In this document: positions 39,238 through 54,089 of the stretch, piece after piece
How the letters are laid out: the number at the start of each line of letters is the position of its first letter
How positions within the stretch are numbered: position 1 is the stretch's first letter
DNA from: Octopus vulgaris
Taxonomy: Eukaryota
Direction: 5' to 3'
Assembly (NCBI GenBank): GCA_951406725.2
Contig: OX597834.1
Location: 31,062,001 to 31,126,000, forward strand
Length of the DNA: 64,000 nt
The notes under the pieces: generated by a model
What the model was told of the DNA's origin: nothing
What the model saw: the letters and a program-made list of their open reading frames with translations, nothing else
The model's database searches: none
Translations under genes and position numbers: made by a program

Positions 39238-39473
39238 CAGGGGTTCTCAACCACAACTCTCAGCATCGCATGTGGCACTCAAGCATCCTTCGGGCAGCCC
39301 TAAAGCATCCTCCCAGTGGCCCTCAGCATCCTTCTGGTGGCCTTCTATGGTCTTCCTTCTATAAATATAAATTTTTCTTTGACTTGTTTTTTGACTTTTT
39401 ATTTTGTTGTGGACCCCTAAAAAAATCCAGATTTTGAATCTGGCTCAGATATTGAAAAGGTTGAGAGCCACTG
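39238..39473. mobile_element. hAT (Charlie-like) MITE
   Basis: CAGGGGTTCTCAACC ... GGTTGAGAGCCACTG, with imperfect TSD GCTTAAAT/GTCTAAAT. Confidence 0.75.
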
Positions 39474-40501
39474 GTCTAAATTTTAATGTCTGGCAGTTTG
39501 TGTCTGTGTTGGGTCTTTGGTAGGAACTGGTTTTTATGTTTATTGCAGAAATTTTTGAATTTCTTCCACTAAAACCCTTCAAGACGGTGCTCCAGCATGG
39601 CTGCAGTCAAATGACTGAAACAAGTAAAAGCATAAAAGAATAAAACATCTCAAGAAACAAATGATGGCATGCATGTTCATTGTTAACAGGTGACACAGGG
39701 TGACAGAATCACTACAGCGTCAGGCAAACTGCTGAGCCACGTTTCTTTTGACCCTTTACATTCTGAGTTCAAATCCCTGAGGCTGGACTTTGACTTTTTG
39801 CTCTTCAAGGTCAATAAAATAAGTACCAGTTGAGTACTGGGGTTCATGTAATCAACTTAACTCCGTCTCTTACTTTTTTTGCTGAAGTATGTAGACACAC
39901 ACACACATCATATGACTGCATGCAAACATACACATATAGATACATGTGAATGTGGGTGTTTATATATATACCCCTCTCTCTCTGTATATGTGTGTGTATA
40001 TATATATCATCATCATCATTGTTTAACGTCCGCTTTCCATGCTAGCATGGGTTGGATGGTTCAAATGGGGTCTGGGCAGCCAGAAGGCTGCACCAGGCCA
40101 GTCATATCTGGTGGTGTTTCTACAGCTGGATGCCTTTCCTAATGCCAACCACTCCGTGAGTGTAGTGGGTGCTTTTTATGTACCACCAACACAGGTGCCA
40201 GACGAGGCTGGTGAACGGCCATGCTCGGACGGTGCTTTTTACGTGCCACCAGCACAGAGGCCAGGCAAGGTTGGCACGGCCATGATCGGATGGTGTTTGT
40301 TACGTGCCACCAGCACAGAGGCCAATCGATGCGGTGCTATATGCCGGCATAAAAAATTAGATGTTAAATGATGAGGATATTGGTGCATTTGCAGCTACAC
40401 ATATAGGTATGCACACACATACACACACACACTCAAGTCTGTGTATACTCATACATACCCATACCCTCAATTGTAAACCTCCTGGTGACCTGTGAGACAG
40501 C

Positions 40502-40540
<39 letters not shown>

Positions 40541-42222
40541 CTTATGTAAGATAGTGCATTTCAGATCAGTTTGTAGTAACTATGGGAAGAATGTTTATAT
40601 TCATATTGTTGTTTGTTTGTTGGCCTAACTATCTCTACAGGACAATAGCATCTCATTTTCTTTTAGTTTCCTTCTCGTCTGAGGTCTAGGACTGTCACCA
40701 TGTTTCTTAGAGACCTTAGTCGCCCTGCCTCCCTTGCTTTTTACACTTTCTTAACATAATGCTAATTACATTCTATAAATTATAGCTGCCAAAACTTTTT
40801 AATGTAAGTGGTATCAGACAGAACAAGTACCAATTTGGGATGGGGGAATCCTGCCCTCACCCATACATGCACATACGCATGCACCTGCACACACACCACT
40901 GTTGGGATTCTAGATCTACCTATCTGTTACTTGCTGGGTTATTATTTACTGATTACCCTATATCAGGGGTCAGCTAACTTCTTGTATCGTCGACCCCTTT
41001 ATGGAATCATTGAAAACTTAATGACCCCTATCATGTCAATCGTGTCAATAGCATTAAGAAGTGTAATTAACAAAGAAAATACTTCTTGATTTAAAAACAA
41101 TAAGTCATTCATTCTCTTGAGTAATTAACACTTTTTAATAAGAAATAATTAAAGAAATTTCATTAAAAGTATTTAACATTTAATGAAAAACATTACAAAA
41201 TTCAATCATATTATATTGTTATAGTTGGAATATTTGATGTGTGTTTATTGAATGTTAGTTAACATTACATCAATATTTAGATGAAAATTATTAAGTTTTT
41301 GCCTTAAATTACCCTTGCTCTTCCAAATTCAGTTTGCTACTAATCTCATCACCCTTAATGCTCAAAATCATTTCTGGTATTTATCCACCCCTTGGTTAGC
41401 CACGAAGACCCCTAGGGATCAGTATTGGCCACTTTACCAATGTCTACCTTATACAGTTAAATTAATTACCAGGAATTGTTTCAGATATTGTTGTGGGTTT
41501 AGACCTTAATCCATAGCGTGATTTGATCTCCACTGCTTGGTCCTTGGATGTCTTTAGACGAGTTTTGTTTTGTTGCAGGTATTCAGGCTGTGTCTCTGGC
41601 TTTGAGAGCAAATTTCTCCCACCCATTACAGAAGCCCTGCAAAGGGTCTGAAGCCACAGCCCTTTTTACCTCTGACTAATGCCATTAAAGGTAGTATCAA
41701 CAAGGACTAAATACTTGGTCTATTTTGGAGGGCTTTTGAGCTGAAAACTATTTAGCATAGCTTCCAGGAACTCTCTGCCCTTGAGACACTCTCTAACTTC
41801 TGCTGATTATTTATAAAAAGTAAAAAACATATTAGGTGTGGCTGTGCTGTAAGAAGTTTGTTTCCCAACTATGTGGTTTCCGGTTCAGTCCCACAGTGTG
41901 GCACCTTGGGCAAGTGTATTCTGCTATAACTTTGTGCTACCCAAAGCCTTGTGAGTGGATTTGGTAGACGGAAACTGAAAGAAGCCTTTTGTATATATAT
42001 ATATTTATGTGTGTGTGTCTATCTGTCTGTCTTTGTCCACCCCATCATCGTTTGACAACAGAGGGTGTTGTGTTTATGTCCCCTGACCTGTCTTTGTCTT
42101 TTGTTTTTCATAAATTTGAACTATACATACATGCATACTTACATACATATATCTATATATATATAGATGAGCTCTAATGGTGAAGTCAATCCAATATGTG
42201 TATATACATGCATGTATGTATT

Positions 42223-42272
<50 letters not shown>

Positions 42273-42275
<3 letters not shown>

Positions 42276-42515
42276 GGAGTTAAACCAGGTGTTATTCAAA
42301 TTCTTTTACTTCCGACATATGTTTCGAAGATATCACTGATAGTATTCCAAAGGAATAAAATGGTGTAAAACAATGTAATCTTCTCTTCAGAGAAGTGAAG
42401 AAATGAAACTCGTCAATAAGTCTGATTGAAACAAATAATAACAGACAAAAGATGCAAGCGAGCAAGGGATTGTATCAGACACCCTTATGCCTCTACAAGG
42501 GAAAAAATACACACA
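42273..42515 (-). mobile_element. Hammerhead-bearing short element between (TA)n tracts
   Basis: About 240 bp unique segment bounded by TA-rich microsatellites and containing a canonical hammerhead. Confidence 0.5.
42308..42396 (-). ncRNA. Type I hammerhead ribozyme, canonical core
   Basis: Minus strand ACTTCT-CTGAAGA-GAAGAT-[46 nt]-ATCTTC-GAAA-CATATG-TC-GGAAGT. 6-bp stems I and II, palindromic stem III, GUC triplet (cut between 42314 and 42313). Confidence 0.88.
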
Positions 42516-42545
42516 TCTATATCTATCTATCTATCTATCTAGCTA

Positions 42546-42599
<54 letters not shown>

Positions 42600-42605
<6 letters not shown>

Positions 42606-42893
42606 AGATCGACCAGACCATCAGATGTTGTTACACATTGCTGGTCACAATGCGTTCGCATTGTTTTAGCCTTCGAATGACGCCACCCTGCTGGCTAAGC
42701 GAGCAGGCCAAACAGAAGAAAGAGTGGTGAAAGAGTACAGCAGGGATCACCACCCCTTGCCAGGAGCATCGTGGAGCTTTTTAGGTGTTTTCGCTCAATA
42801 AACACTCACAACGCCCGGTCTGGGAATCGAATCGAAACCGCGATCCTGCGACCGCGAGTCCGCTGCCCTAACCACTAGGCCATTGCACCTCCA
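42600..42893 (-). mobile_element. tRNA-derived SINE (head 2, tail 1)
   Basis: Head GGAGGTGCAATGGCCTAGTGGTTAGGGCAGCGGACTC..GTTTCGATTC shared with 53637; tail shared with 1410-1520. Confidence 0.8.
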
Positions 42894-42904
42894 CATATAT
42901 ATAT

Positions 42905-43237
<333 letters not shown>

Positions 43238-45742
43238 TATTGTAGTATTGGTCTTAAAACACCCATATGTTTTGTAGTTGTGGCAGTAGCTATTTGATGG
43301 TGACTGATAACGTAGTAGTAGTAGTAGTAGTAGTGGTAGTAGTAGTAGTAAATTATTAGCCAACTGCAGGACAGACTCAGAAATAGGCCAGATCCAACAG
43401 CCATCAACACCCACACCCTCCCACTGCCGCCTTTTCACTATCATTGTTTTATTATAACTATAATAATATTATGTTTTATCTCGGCTATTATCAGCTCCTC
43501 CTACTCCACCACCGCCACCACCATGTTTACCCATTCAACTCTTCCTCCGCCTTCTCCTTCTTCCCCCTCTTTTCTGATGTAATCTATGTCAGACCACAGT
43601 AGTAACATCCGCTGACCCCTGACCCCTGTGCTCATATTTTATGAGTGTCATGTATAAATAGCTGGGGGGTAGGGGCTATCCTCCTCCTCTATGTTGTTGT
43701 TAGTTACTGTGCCCTAACATGGTATTGTTGTTGTTTAGCCACAGGTCTGTCTCACTTGTGGCAGGCATAGGATTCAAAGGTATTCTTGTAGAGGCATAAG
43801 GGTGTCAGATACAATCCCTTGCTTGCTTGCATCTTTTGTCTGTCATCATTCGTTTCAATCATTAGACTGTGGCCATGCTGGGGCGCCACCATGACAAATT
43901 ATTAGTCAAATGTGTCGACCCCAGCACTTCTTTTTTTCTTTTTAAGCCTGGTACTTTTTATCAGTCTATTTTGCTGAACCGCAAAGTTACGGGAATGTAA
44001 ACACCACACACACACACACACACACATACGCGCGTGTATGTGTGTGTTTGTCCCCCATGTTTACTTCACAACTAGTGTTGGTTTGTTTATGACCCTGTAA
44101 CTTAGTGGTTTGGCAAAGAAAGACTGATAGAGTAAGTACCACACTACAAAGAACCAGTTCTCTGTTGGTAAAATGCTTCTTTAATCCAGGGTAATTCCTC
44201 GGTGGCACAATCTGAATATAGGGTCAGATTCATTGTGCTATTTGTTCTGACACTCTAGTGTCTGAGTTCAAATTCTGCTGAGGTCAGCTTGGCATCTGTC
44301 TTTTCAGGGACAAAAATGATAGAATGGTGAGAATATTGAACCAGATTCTGTGTGATATTAGTCTAATTCTCTGTGATTTGAGTTCAACTCCCACTGAGGT
44401 CAACATTGTCTTTTAGACTTTCTGGGACAAATAAATAAAAAAAAAGTTAAGAATTAACCCAGGTTGGTGGAAGGGTGAAAATATTGGTTTAGATTCAATA
44501 TTGGTTCAATATTCAATATTCAAATATTGGTTTAGATTTATTTTACGTGCCAGTGGCACGTAAAATGCACCATCTGATTGTGGCCGTTGCTAGCTCATCT
44601 GACCCCTGTGCCGGTGGCATGTAAAAAGCACCATCCGATCGTGGCCGTTTGGTTGGCGTTAGGAAGGGCATCCAGCTGTAGAAACATTGCCAGATCAGAC
44701 TGCGCCTGACGCAGCCTTCTGGTTTCCCAGACTCCAGTTTAACTGTCCAACCCATGCTATCATGGAAAACGGATGTTAAACGAATGATGATGATGATGAT
44801 TCAATGTTGTATTTGTTCTGATTCTCTCCATTCTAAGTTCAAATTTCTCAGGGGTAACTTAGACTTCCATTTTTCATGGACACAAAGAAAGAAAAATCAC
44901 CAAAGACTGCATCCAGAGGAAAAGATTGATTAACATGAAGTGACTGACCCTCGTACTCTGACCTTTGGTCCACCACCCCCACAGATCCGCTGTCCCCTAT
45001 CTCTGTCTAATTTATTGCTAGGGTTCAGGACAAGACTGTACTTAACTCAGTCTAACTCTTCAGAGTTGAGGCAGTCTTGTGTCATCTCCTTTCAGGTAGG
45101 TATTCCTGACACAGTCACTCATCCTTCCTTTTTTTTCATCACCCGTACTCCATCTCCACTCAGTTGAGGGTAGGGTCTTCTCTTGTGAGTCACTTGTGTC
45201 ATTGCCATGGGAAAACACCCAGTGCATTCTGTGAAGTGGTTGGCATTAGGAAGGGCATCCATCTGCAGAAACCATGCCGAAGCAGACATTGGAGCTTGGC
45301 ACAGTCCTCTACCTTGTCAGTTCCAGTTGAAATGTCCAACCCATGCCCGGACCTTGTGGTTGCAAAATGAACTTCTTGCTCATTATTGCATCACATTCTG
45401 TAATGATAGTATTATAGTGGGACAAGATTGTGACCTCCACAAATACCGTTAGGCATCCAGCAAAAGTGTCTGCCTGGCTTTAGAAACCTTGCCAGAGCAG
45501 AGATTGGAGTTCAGTGCAGTTCTTGAAGCCATTGGAGCCTATCTAACCATCCAATCCACCTTAGCATGGAACAGCAGGGATGTGAAACAATGATGATGTA
45601 TTGAGTAACATATTGAAGAGTTCTCTTGATAGTTACGAAGCTCAAGACTATCTATCTATCTCCCTCTCAAGTATCTATTATAAATGCATGCATGCATAAA
45701 CTTACATGCTCATACCTACACACACGTATGTGTATGTATGTA

Positions 45743-45791
<49 letters not shown>

Positions 45792-45952
45792 ATATATATA
45801 TACACGTATATGTATGTATGTATATATATATATACACGTATATGTATGTATGTATATATATATATACACATATATGTATGTGTATATATATATACATACA
45901 CACACACACACACGTGTATGTGTGTATATATATATATATACACGAATATGTA

Positions 45953-45993
<41 letters not shown>

Positions 45994-47125
45994 ACGTGTG
46001 TGTGTGTGTGTATGTATATATATATATATATGTATTTGTGCTATCAGTGAACTTTTGTATCTCAGCAAGAGAGAACTTTCATTCTAGCACTATATATCAG
46101 CCTATATCTTGGCATCCAATTTGTCTATTAATAGTTTTCATTAATTAATTAATTAATTTGTAATCAAATAAGTGATGACTACAATGACAGCCCTCCTGTG
46201 TGTGGGGGAAACCGGTGCAATTGGTAGATGTGGTTTTGCTATCTTCTGTAGATCTGTGTTGCTTTCATGTTTGTTGTTCTAGATTTCAGGCCCTGCTGGA
46301 GTCCACCCTGTTTAGCCATCCGTAGTATTGGTGCAAAGAGGCAGGGCTCTTTATGTTTATTTGTATTACTGCTAGAGTTACCTTTAATCTTTTAGGGATT
46401 GGTTACCGTATTTGAAGGCATATAAAACACATTTTCTTTTCTCCAAAAAAATGTCTCAGATAAAAATCACCCCCCTGGGGCTTTTATATGATGTTTGGCC
46501 TCCTACAAGCTTTCATGCACTAAAGACTTTTTCACCTGAATATGTGCTACTGAAATCGGGGTGCATCTGAAATGGTCCAGGCACGTTTATGGCATCAAAT
46601 ACAGTAAATATTAATGGGTACAGGCATAGCTATGTGGTTAGGAAGTTTGCTTCTGGATTCAGTTCCACTGGATGGTCATTTTAGTAAATGTCTTCTGGCA
46701 GAGCATCAGAGTGGCAGCAGCAATACTGTTATCATCATCATCATCATCATCATTGTCATTTTAACATCCACTTTTCCATGGATGGGGTTTACTGAAGCAG
46801 ATGTTCACAGCTGGAGGCCATTCCTGTCATCAATCCTCACCTGTTTCCAGATAAGGTAATAATTCCCTGTGGCCAAACAATGGTCTGTCTGGTGGTGGTG
46901 ATGGTGGTGGTGGTGGTGGTCGTGGCAGGGACAACCACAAAAACACACACAATATACACACATATGCATACACACAGAGACATTATCTATCTATCTATCC
47001 ATCTATCCTACAGGCTTCCATTCAGTTTCCATCTGTGAAATTCACTCACAAGCCATTGGTCAATATTGGTCAGAGACACCTGTCCAGTTCCCATCATGGT
47101 CCTTTTCTTCTCTCACTGTCCCTTA

Positions 47126-47160
<35 letters not shown>

Positions 47161-50100
47161 ATTGACTGCTTATCAGCTCTTCTCCTTTTTTAATTCCCTC
47201 TAACGTTCTGGTCTACTCCCTCTCTTTCTCACCTTTCCTCTTTCTTCCACTCTCCCTATTCTCACTAAATGTCCTACTGTTTAGCTCTCTCCCCCTTTCA
47301 TCTGTTTCTTTGTCTGTGTGTCTTTCTCTTTCTCAATTCTCTCTTCCTCTCTCTCCCCCTCTCTCCCCTAGCCTGCTCCTCTCTTTCTAGTCTCATCTCT
47401 CCGCTTCACTGTTCTTCTTGTCCTTTAATATCTCACTGTCTGTCCCTCTTTCCATCCATCCACCCACCTACCAACCCTGTTTACTACTGAGTGAGGAAAT
47501 ATCAACAAACACACACACACACACACACACGCACAGAGTCTATATTTGTCTGTTGCCCTGCAACTATGCTATTTAAAAAAGCATGTTTCAATCTTCTTCA
47601 TTGGATGACAGGTGAAAGGAAACCTAGCCCCGCCTGGAGGTTAAATTAAAAGCCATGTCGGAGCAAATCGAGAAGGGGAAAAACCCATTATAACTGATGT
47701 ATGTGTTATGTAAGGATTTGAGAGATAGAGAGAGAAGTCTGGTGTGAAACTCATCTCTTGGTCTATGTATGTCTCTATATATGTGTGTGTTTGTGAGTGA
47801 GAGAGAGAGAGAGAGAGGATGGTTGTAAGTTAAAACCATTATTGTTAAAGACAGATGATGATGGTGATGCTAATGATTGGATAGGATATGAAATGATATT
47901 TTATTTAAATTTATTTATTCATCTCTAGTTTTTTTTTTTTTTTTTTTTTCAAATTGGTTTCTAAAGGCCATGATGTGGTTAAGAAGCTTGGTTTTGCAGC
48001 CATGTGGCTTCGGGTTCCGCCCCCCGCTGCATGACACCTTGAGCAAGTGTCTCTTCTATTCTAGCTCAGGGCTGACCAATGCCTTGTGAGTGAAACTGGG
48101 AAATGGAAACTGTGTGGAAAACTATTGTGTATGTGTGTTTGTATGAATGTTTGTGCATATGTATGTCATTGTGCGTTTGTGCATATCCCTCTTGGGAACC
48201 AACCGGTGTTGGTTTGTTTATGTCCCCATAACTTGGTAGTTGAGCAAAAGAGAACCAATACACTATGTCCCAGTCTTAAAGTACTGTGCTTCGAGCATTT
48301 AAACCGACCACACCCAGTCCAAACATTCTACCTGTTCTATGTTCAAACCAACCAGATCCAGCTTTTCACACCTACCCTACAATGTCATTTCAAAATTAAC
48401 CTATCACATCATTGGAAGCTTGAAGCTATGAGATGATGCGTGATTAACTGAAAATGATGTGAAAAAATAAGTTTCACATTTGTCAGAGTAATCTGAACCT
48501 AATTTAGACTTACAAAAAAAACAACCATTTCTCATGTTAATGACCAAACTCTTCTTTCCATGCCAAAATTTCTGTCCAAAAGCCACTGTGTCCAAAAGCT
48601 AATGATGGTTGGGCCTCTCTGTAGTTGGTTAACCTGCTAGAAATAGCAGTCACATGGCATTCAAGTCTTACCCCACCGTCTTCATCCTTTAGCATTTAAA
48701 TCAGTCAGATCCGGTGCCAAATGTTCTACCTGTTTTAAACTCAAACCAGCCAGATCTGCCCTCTCACACCAACCCTACAATGTCATTCTGAAAAATAAAC
48801 AGTCATATCATCAAAATCTCAGAGCTATGAAATTACCTGGTGACCTCACGAGCGTGGGTACCAAGAAAAAAGCATCCAGTAACACACTGTAATGTGGTTG
48901 GCATTGTGAAGGGCATCCAGCTGTAGAAGGACATTACGAAGGGCATCCAGCTGTAGGACATTATGAAGGGCATCCAGTTGTATAAACCATGCCAAAGCAG
49001 CAGACATTGGAGCTTAGTGCATCGTCTGATACATTGGTTCCTCTCAAACTGTCCAATCCATTCCTGCATGGACAAAGGTGTGTTAAATAATAATGCTGGC
49101 AGTTTCTTTGTGTCCACAGATCATGAGGGAGAGTGACACACCCTCAAGTTGCTATTTAAACCAAATCTCAACACTGCAAAGCTTTGCTTCTTTCCTGTGT
49201 TTTATAGTTTTAAAGTGAAAGTTAATCCATGCAATCTGATCCCACTCTTTAGACGTGAAGGTTTGACCACAGTGGCTTAACAAACTCAGATAGCTGTGGT
49301 GACCAGCAAACTGTAGGCTTTGCATTGGAGTGGCCTTCTTCTAAGTGGATTGTCTTACAGGGCTGGAGAGCTCCACCTAGCCAGGAATTGCTGGAAGAAT
49401 ATCTAAGAGGATACCAGACTCTCTGAAGAATTCTGTTCCTTGATTTGCTGTTAAAGTTCTCCCCTGTAGTTTTTTCCTTTCCCAAGACACTTGTAAGGCA
49501 AAGAGCATTTGTGCTTGGAATTTTTTCTATAATATGCTAATTGACTGATAGCTGGGAGCCTGACAGATGCCACTACTCTAGGTCAGAGCAAACCTGGGGA
49601 CAATAGTGGATAAGAGCTGGTGCCACACCCATCAAAGCCCTGGAACACCAGAGCCAGGCTCCACTATTGGATGCTCAGGACAATGATGATAATGATGATG
49701 GTCTAAATATATAGAACATTGATCTCACTCAGTAGTACACTCTCATAATCATACAAGTATCATGCAGTTAAATTTACTATTGATATCAATGACATAGTTT
49801 TATCATAAAAAGTTGTGATATTTCAGGGTGGGTCAGATCTTATCTGTTTTCTGTTTTTTTTTTTTTTTTAGTTTAATTTTATTTTATTTAAGTTCACTTT
49901 TCTAGTAAGTGAGGCAGTGGTGTATGTAGCAGTTGCTGTGCCAATGACCTTTACAGGCCCTATTAGATTGGTTAAGACCGACCGACAGATACAGATGTGG
50001 TCAATGCCCTGCCAGAACATTTACCGGTCGACGTCCAGAGGAGGAGAAAAAAAGACAAACAAAAGAAAACAGAATGAAAGGTGTGTGGTAAATCAGGGTG

Positions 50101-50485
50101 AGAGTGGGGTGTGGTGGGGCAGGGTGTTGAAGGTACTTCCAAGTGTCAGCTTCTTGGTAAAAATTTCTGAAGGACTAAGATGGAGTATTTTAAAATGAAA
50201 AGAACAGGTATAGAAGCTTGTCTGTTTATTTCACTTACTGTTACTGTTATTTTTTTGTTGGTTTTAGTTGAACACTAGACTCCAGGGCTTATTATTTTTT
50301 AAGCCTAGTAATTATTCTATCGCTCTCTTTTGACGAACTGTTTTGTTACAGGGACATAAACACACCAACACCAGTTATCAAGTGGTTTTGGGAGGGCGAA
50401 CACAAAGACACACACACTTATACAAGTTAAATATACAAATTTTTCCTTTCCTGGAGTGTGCATTAATTTGTTTTGGTGGACTTTG

Positions 50486-50527
<42 letters not shown>

Positions 50528-50685
50528 AAAATTTACTGTGGACAAGACTGTGTGGTGTTCAATTATAAATAAAAAATAAATAAATAAAATAGATAAAAAA
50601 TACACATTAAGTACAGGACATCACCATGATAGAACGCTAGCCACTACACATTCTTTATTTTCTCTCCTTGTTTCTTTCTGTGTTC

Positions 50686-50721
50686 CTTTCTGTGGAAGAG
50701 CGTAGGCTCGAAACGTTAAAG
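50686..50721 (+). ncRNA. Minimal hammerhead motif with non-canonical core
   Basis: CTTT-CTGTGGA-A-GAGC-GTAG-GCTC-GAAA-CG-TT-AAAG. All three stems are correctly placed, with U at position 6. Lies in a TA-flanked element at ~50526-50810. Confidence 0.6.
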
Positions 50722-50889
50722 ACCCTTTCACTTCCTGAGTGTTATACTAATACATCTGTTTGTTGTCTACACCACCTGTCTTTATCTTTTGTTTTTTTGT
50801 GAATTCTCCCTATATATATATATACATATACATAGTAGTTCTGCTACTGTTGAAGTTTCCTGGTTTTCTACTATAATATTCAAGGGGAC

Positions 50890-51122
50890 CATTTGGTTTT
50901 ACCCCCAAAGCTCCACCGATCACAGGTACAGTTGCCTCACCCAGATGCCACGTTTTTGAGATCTCTGTTTCAATGTTCTTGTATTTACTTAGCTTTTTAA
51001 ACGTTTTTCTCAGAGGTTTTGTGGTCTGCTGGGATTAACATATCTATGAGCAAACATGTTTAGTCAGTGCGATTTTTCACTACAATATCTGCTTGGTTAT
51101 TCTGAATGGCTTGATCTGTTTG
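50890..51122 (-). pseudogene. Fragment of an R4/Dong-like non-LTR retrotransposon restriction-like endonuclease domain
   Basis: QTDQAIQNNQADIVVKNRTD*TCLLIDMLIPADH / KLSKYKNIETEISKTWHLGEATVPVIGGALG resembles the PD..D/K..KY..GALG RLE motif. One stop, one frameshift, abuts (TAA)n. Confidence 0.8.
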
Positions 51123-51175
<53 letters not shown>

Positions 51176-51478
51176 GTTTTTTTTTTCCTATGAGTTTCGA
51201 CAACAATAGAAGTAGACAAGTGTTTCTGCATCTTATCTCTTGTAATTTCATACTTGAAAGGAATCTTTGGTTGCTTCCTCAGCCAATTCACACGAGATTT
51301 TCACCATTTTATTGTTTATTTTTTTCCTTTTTGTTTTTTCCTTTCTTCACATGGAGCAAGCAAATAGCACCAAAGATTATCACACACACACACACATACA
51401 TACGTTCTGCTCACACACACATATATACATGCATACATGTGTGGAACACGAACCTCTCCGTTGATCCTTCTTACTATA

Positions 51479-51718
51479 TATTTCTTTACTGCCCACAAGG
51501 GGCTAAACATAGGGGGGACAAACAAGGACAGACAAACAAGGACAGACAAAGGGATTGAGTCGATTATATCGACCCCAGTGCAAAACTGGTACTTTATTTA
51601 TTGACCCCGAAAGGATGAAAGACAAAGTTGACCTCGGCGGAATTTGAACTCAGAACGTAACGACAGACGAAATACCACTAAGCATTTCGCCCGGCGCGCT
51701 AACGTGTCTGCCAGCTCG
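51479..51718 (-). mobile_element. SINE family A
   Basis: Reverse complement of the 21646/32011 family. Confidence 0.85.
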
Positions 51719-52447
51719 AGACACAAATATTTGTGGCACATCCTGTGACCACCACCACCCAAACATTATTGTGCCACTGTGATTCTTCTCCTTGTTACCA
51801 ATATTTTTAACTCCTCAAGCTCACCAATTTACGAAACAGTTATCGTATTCAGTGATGTCCCTCTTTGTAACTGAAGTGTAGGGGTCAGAACTTTAGTATT
51901 GTCACTGTCTGAGACATATGAACACACACGCAAACACATAGACATGCAGGTAAAAACACACACGAACACACACACACATCAAAAACTCACATGTAAAAAA
52001 AGATACACACACACACACACACAGAAGCATATGCAAAACCATCGAGACAGACACACAATAACATACACACACACACACATTCAAAAATACACATGTAGCA
52101 ACACACATGAAGCAACACACACAGGCATACACATACACACACACACATTCAAAAATACACATGTAGCAACACACATGTAGCAACGCACACACACACACAC
52201 ACACACACACAAAAAAAAAGACCCCAAATCTCCCCCAATTTCTGTTGGATTATGAATGAACTCAACTGCACATACATCATGGAAGCAGTTCTAACGAATA
52301 TATTTTCATTGTAGAAACCCCGAATCACAAACTCACCCTTGTCTCTCATCTGTTTAATACTCCATATCTTGTGTTATGATTCTCAGCACCACACCCATAA
52401 CAAGTAGAACAAGAACAACAACAGTTGAAAATGACATTATTGTTATA

Positions 52448-52497
<50 letters not shown>

Positions 52498-53142
52498 CAC
52501 ACACATATATATACGTACATATATGTTTATGCTTACACACATGCACATACAAGTATATATGTGTGTATATATATATATATACACACACACACAGAAATTC
52601 ATATATATCATGTAGGTATTTCAATTGTCTCGCTATTTGTGTGTGTGTGTGTGATTACCAAAAACTACTTTATAGTGACTTATGTTTTTTATCACACACA
52701 CACACACACACACTGTGAACCTGTTTCATGTTATTTCCAAAGTTTTGTCAGAAAGACAAAACAAAGCATTTTTTTTTCTTCTTTTTATTTCTTCCCCTTT
52801 TTTTTTTTACTTTCTGCTTTCTTTTTATTTATTTTATTTTTTTTTTTACTAACGGCACAGTTCGTTTATAGTTTTTTCTCATTTTTTTTATTTGCTTTTT
52901 TTTTATTTTATTTACTTAAACAATTCCCTGGGAACTCTGCAAGCTTTGGCCTGTCCGAATAGAGAGTAAGTACAGAGACAAAAGGAAAAGAAATTGTTAA
53001 AATATAAATAATAATAATAATAATAACAAAATAACTGAAAATTTCTAAATGAAAAAGAAAACGATACTTTCTCATTCAAACCTGTATTTGTGGCATTCTT
53101 TAAGTTATTTTTAAATATACATATATATACATACATACATAC

Positions 53143-53184
<42 letters not shown>

Positions 53185-53636
53185 ATATGTATGTATGTTT
53201 GTATGTACATATGTATGTATGTATGTACATATGTATGTTTGTGCCGGTATATGTATATATGTGTATAGATACATATCTATACATATCTGTCTATCTGTCA
53301 TCCTCTCTTTCTCCCATCTATCAGTCTATCTATCTATCTATCATTGGTTATGTAATGTTGTTGAACTCCTTGTTAGTCTTGGTTGAACAATCCTGTGATC
53401 AAAGAAATTCCTAGTAGTGACCAGCACTGCCTTTTGTCTATCTTGGACTACATTGTCAAAAGTGACCTTCCTTTATTTTCTATTTTCTCTTCATTTGCTG
53501 GTTTTCGGTGCTAGGGCATGTGATTTGATACAGATTTAAGCTGTCAGTTCTAGTAGATCAAGTGACTACATAAAAGAGCCTGTGTCTGGCTTTGTGTAAT
53601 GAATATGTTTGGCACTATATATGTATATATGTGTGT

Positions 53637-54015
53637 GGAGGCGCAATGGCCCAGTGGTTAGGGCAGCGGACTCATGGTCGTAGGATCGCGGTTTCGATTC
53701 CCAGACTGGGCGTTGTGAGTGTTTATCGAGCGAAAACACCTAAAGCTCCACGAGGCTCCGGCAGGGATGGTGGTGATCCCTGCTGTACTCTTTCACCACA
53801 ACTTTCTCTCACTCTTACTTCCTGTTTCTGTTGTACCTGTATTTCAAAGGGCCGGCCTTGTCACTCTCTGTGTCACGCTGAATATCCCCGAGAACTACGT
53901 TAAGGGTACACGTGTCTGTGGAGTGCTCAGCCACTTACATGTTAATTTCACGAGCAGGCTGTTCCGTTGATCGGATCAATCGGAACCCTCGTCATCGTAA
54001 CCGATGGAGTGCTTC
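53637..54015 (+). mobile_element. tRNA-derived SINE (head 2, tail 2)
   Basis: A box TGGCCCAGTGG, B box GTTTCGATTCC. First ~170 bp match 42720-42893, then the sequences diverge. Confidence 0.8.
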
Positions 54016-54089
54016 CCCCCATATGTGTGTGAGTGTCGATGAAATTATCCTGTTCTGTTTATCTATTTGGGGGGCAGGTTACCCAGACC

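Noticed and set aside
41579-41692. Acceptor TTTTGTTGCAG|GT followed by 33 open codons
   Set aside because: In-frame stop before the nearest weak donor.
53637-53710. tRNA gene
   Set aside because: The tRNA-like head continues into a repeated SINE body and lacks a complete acceptor stem and T-run terminator.
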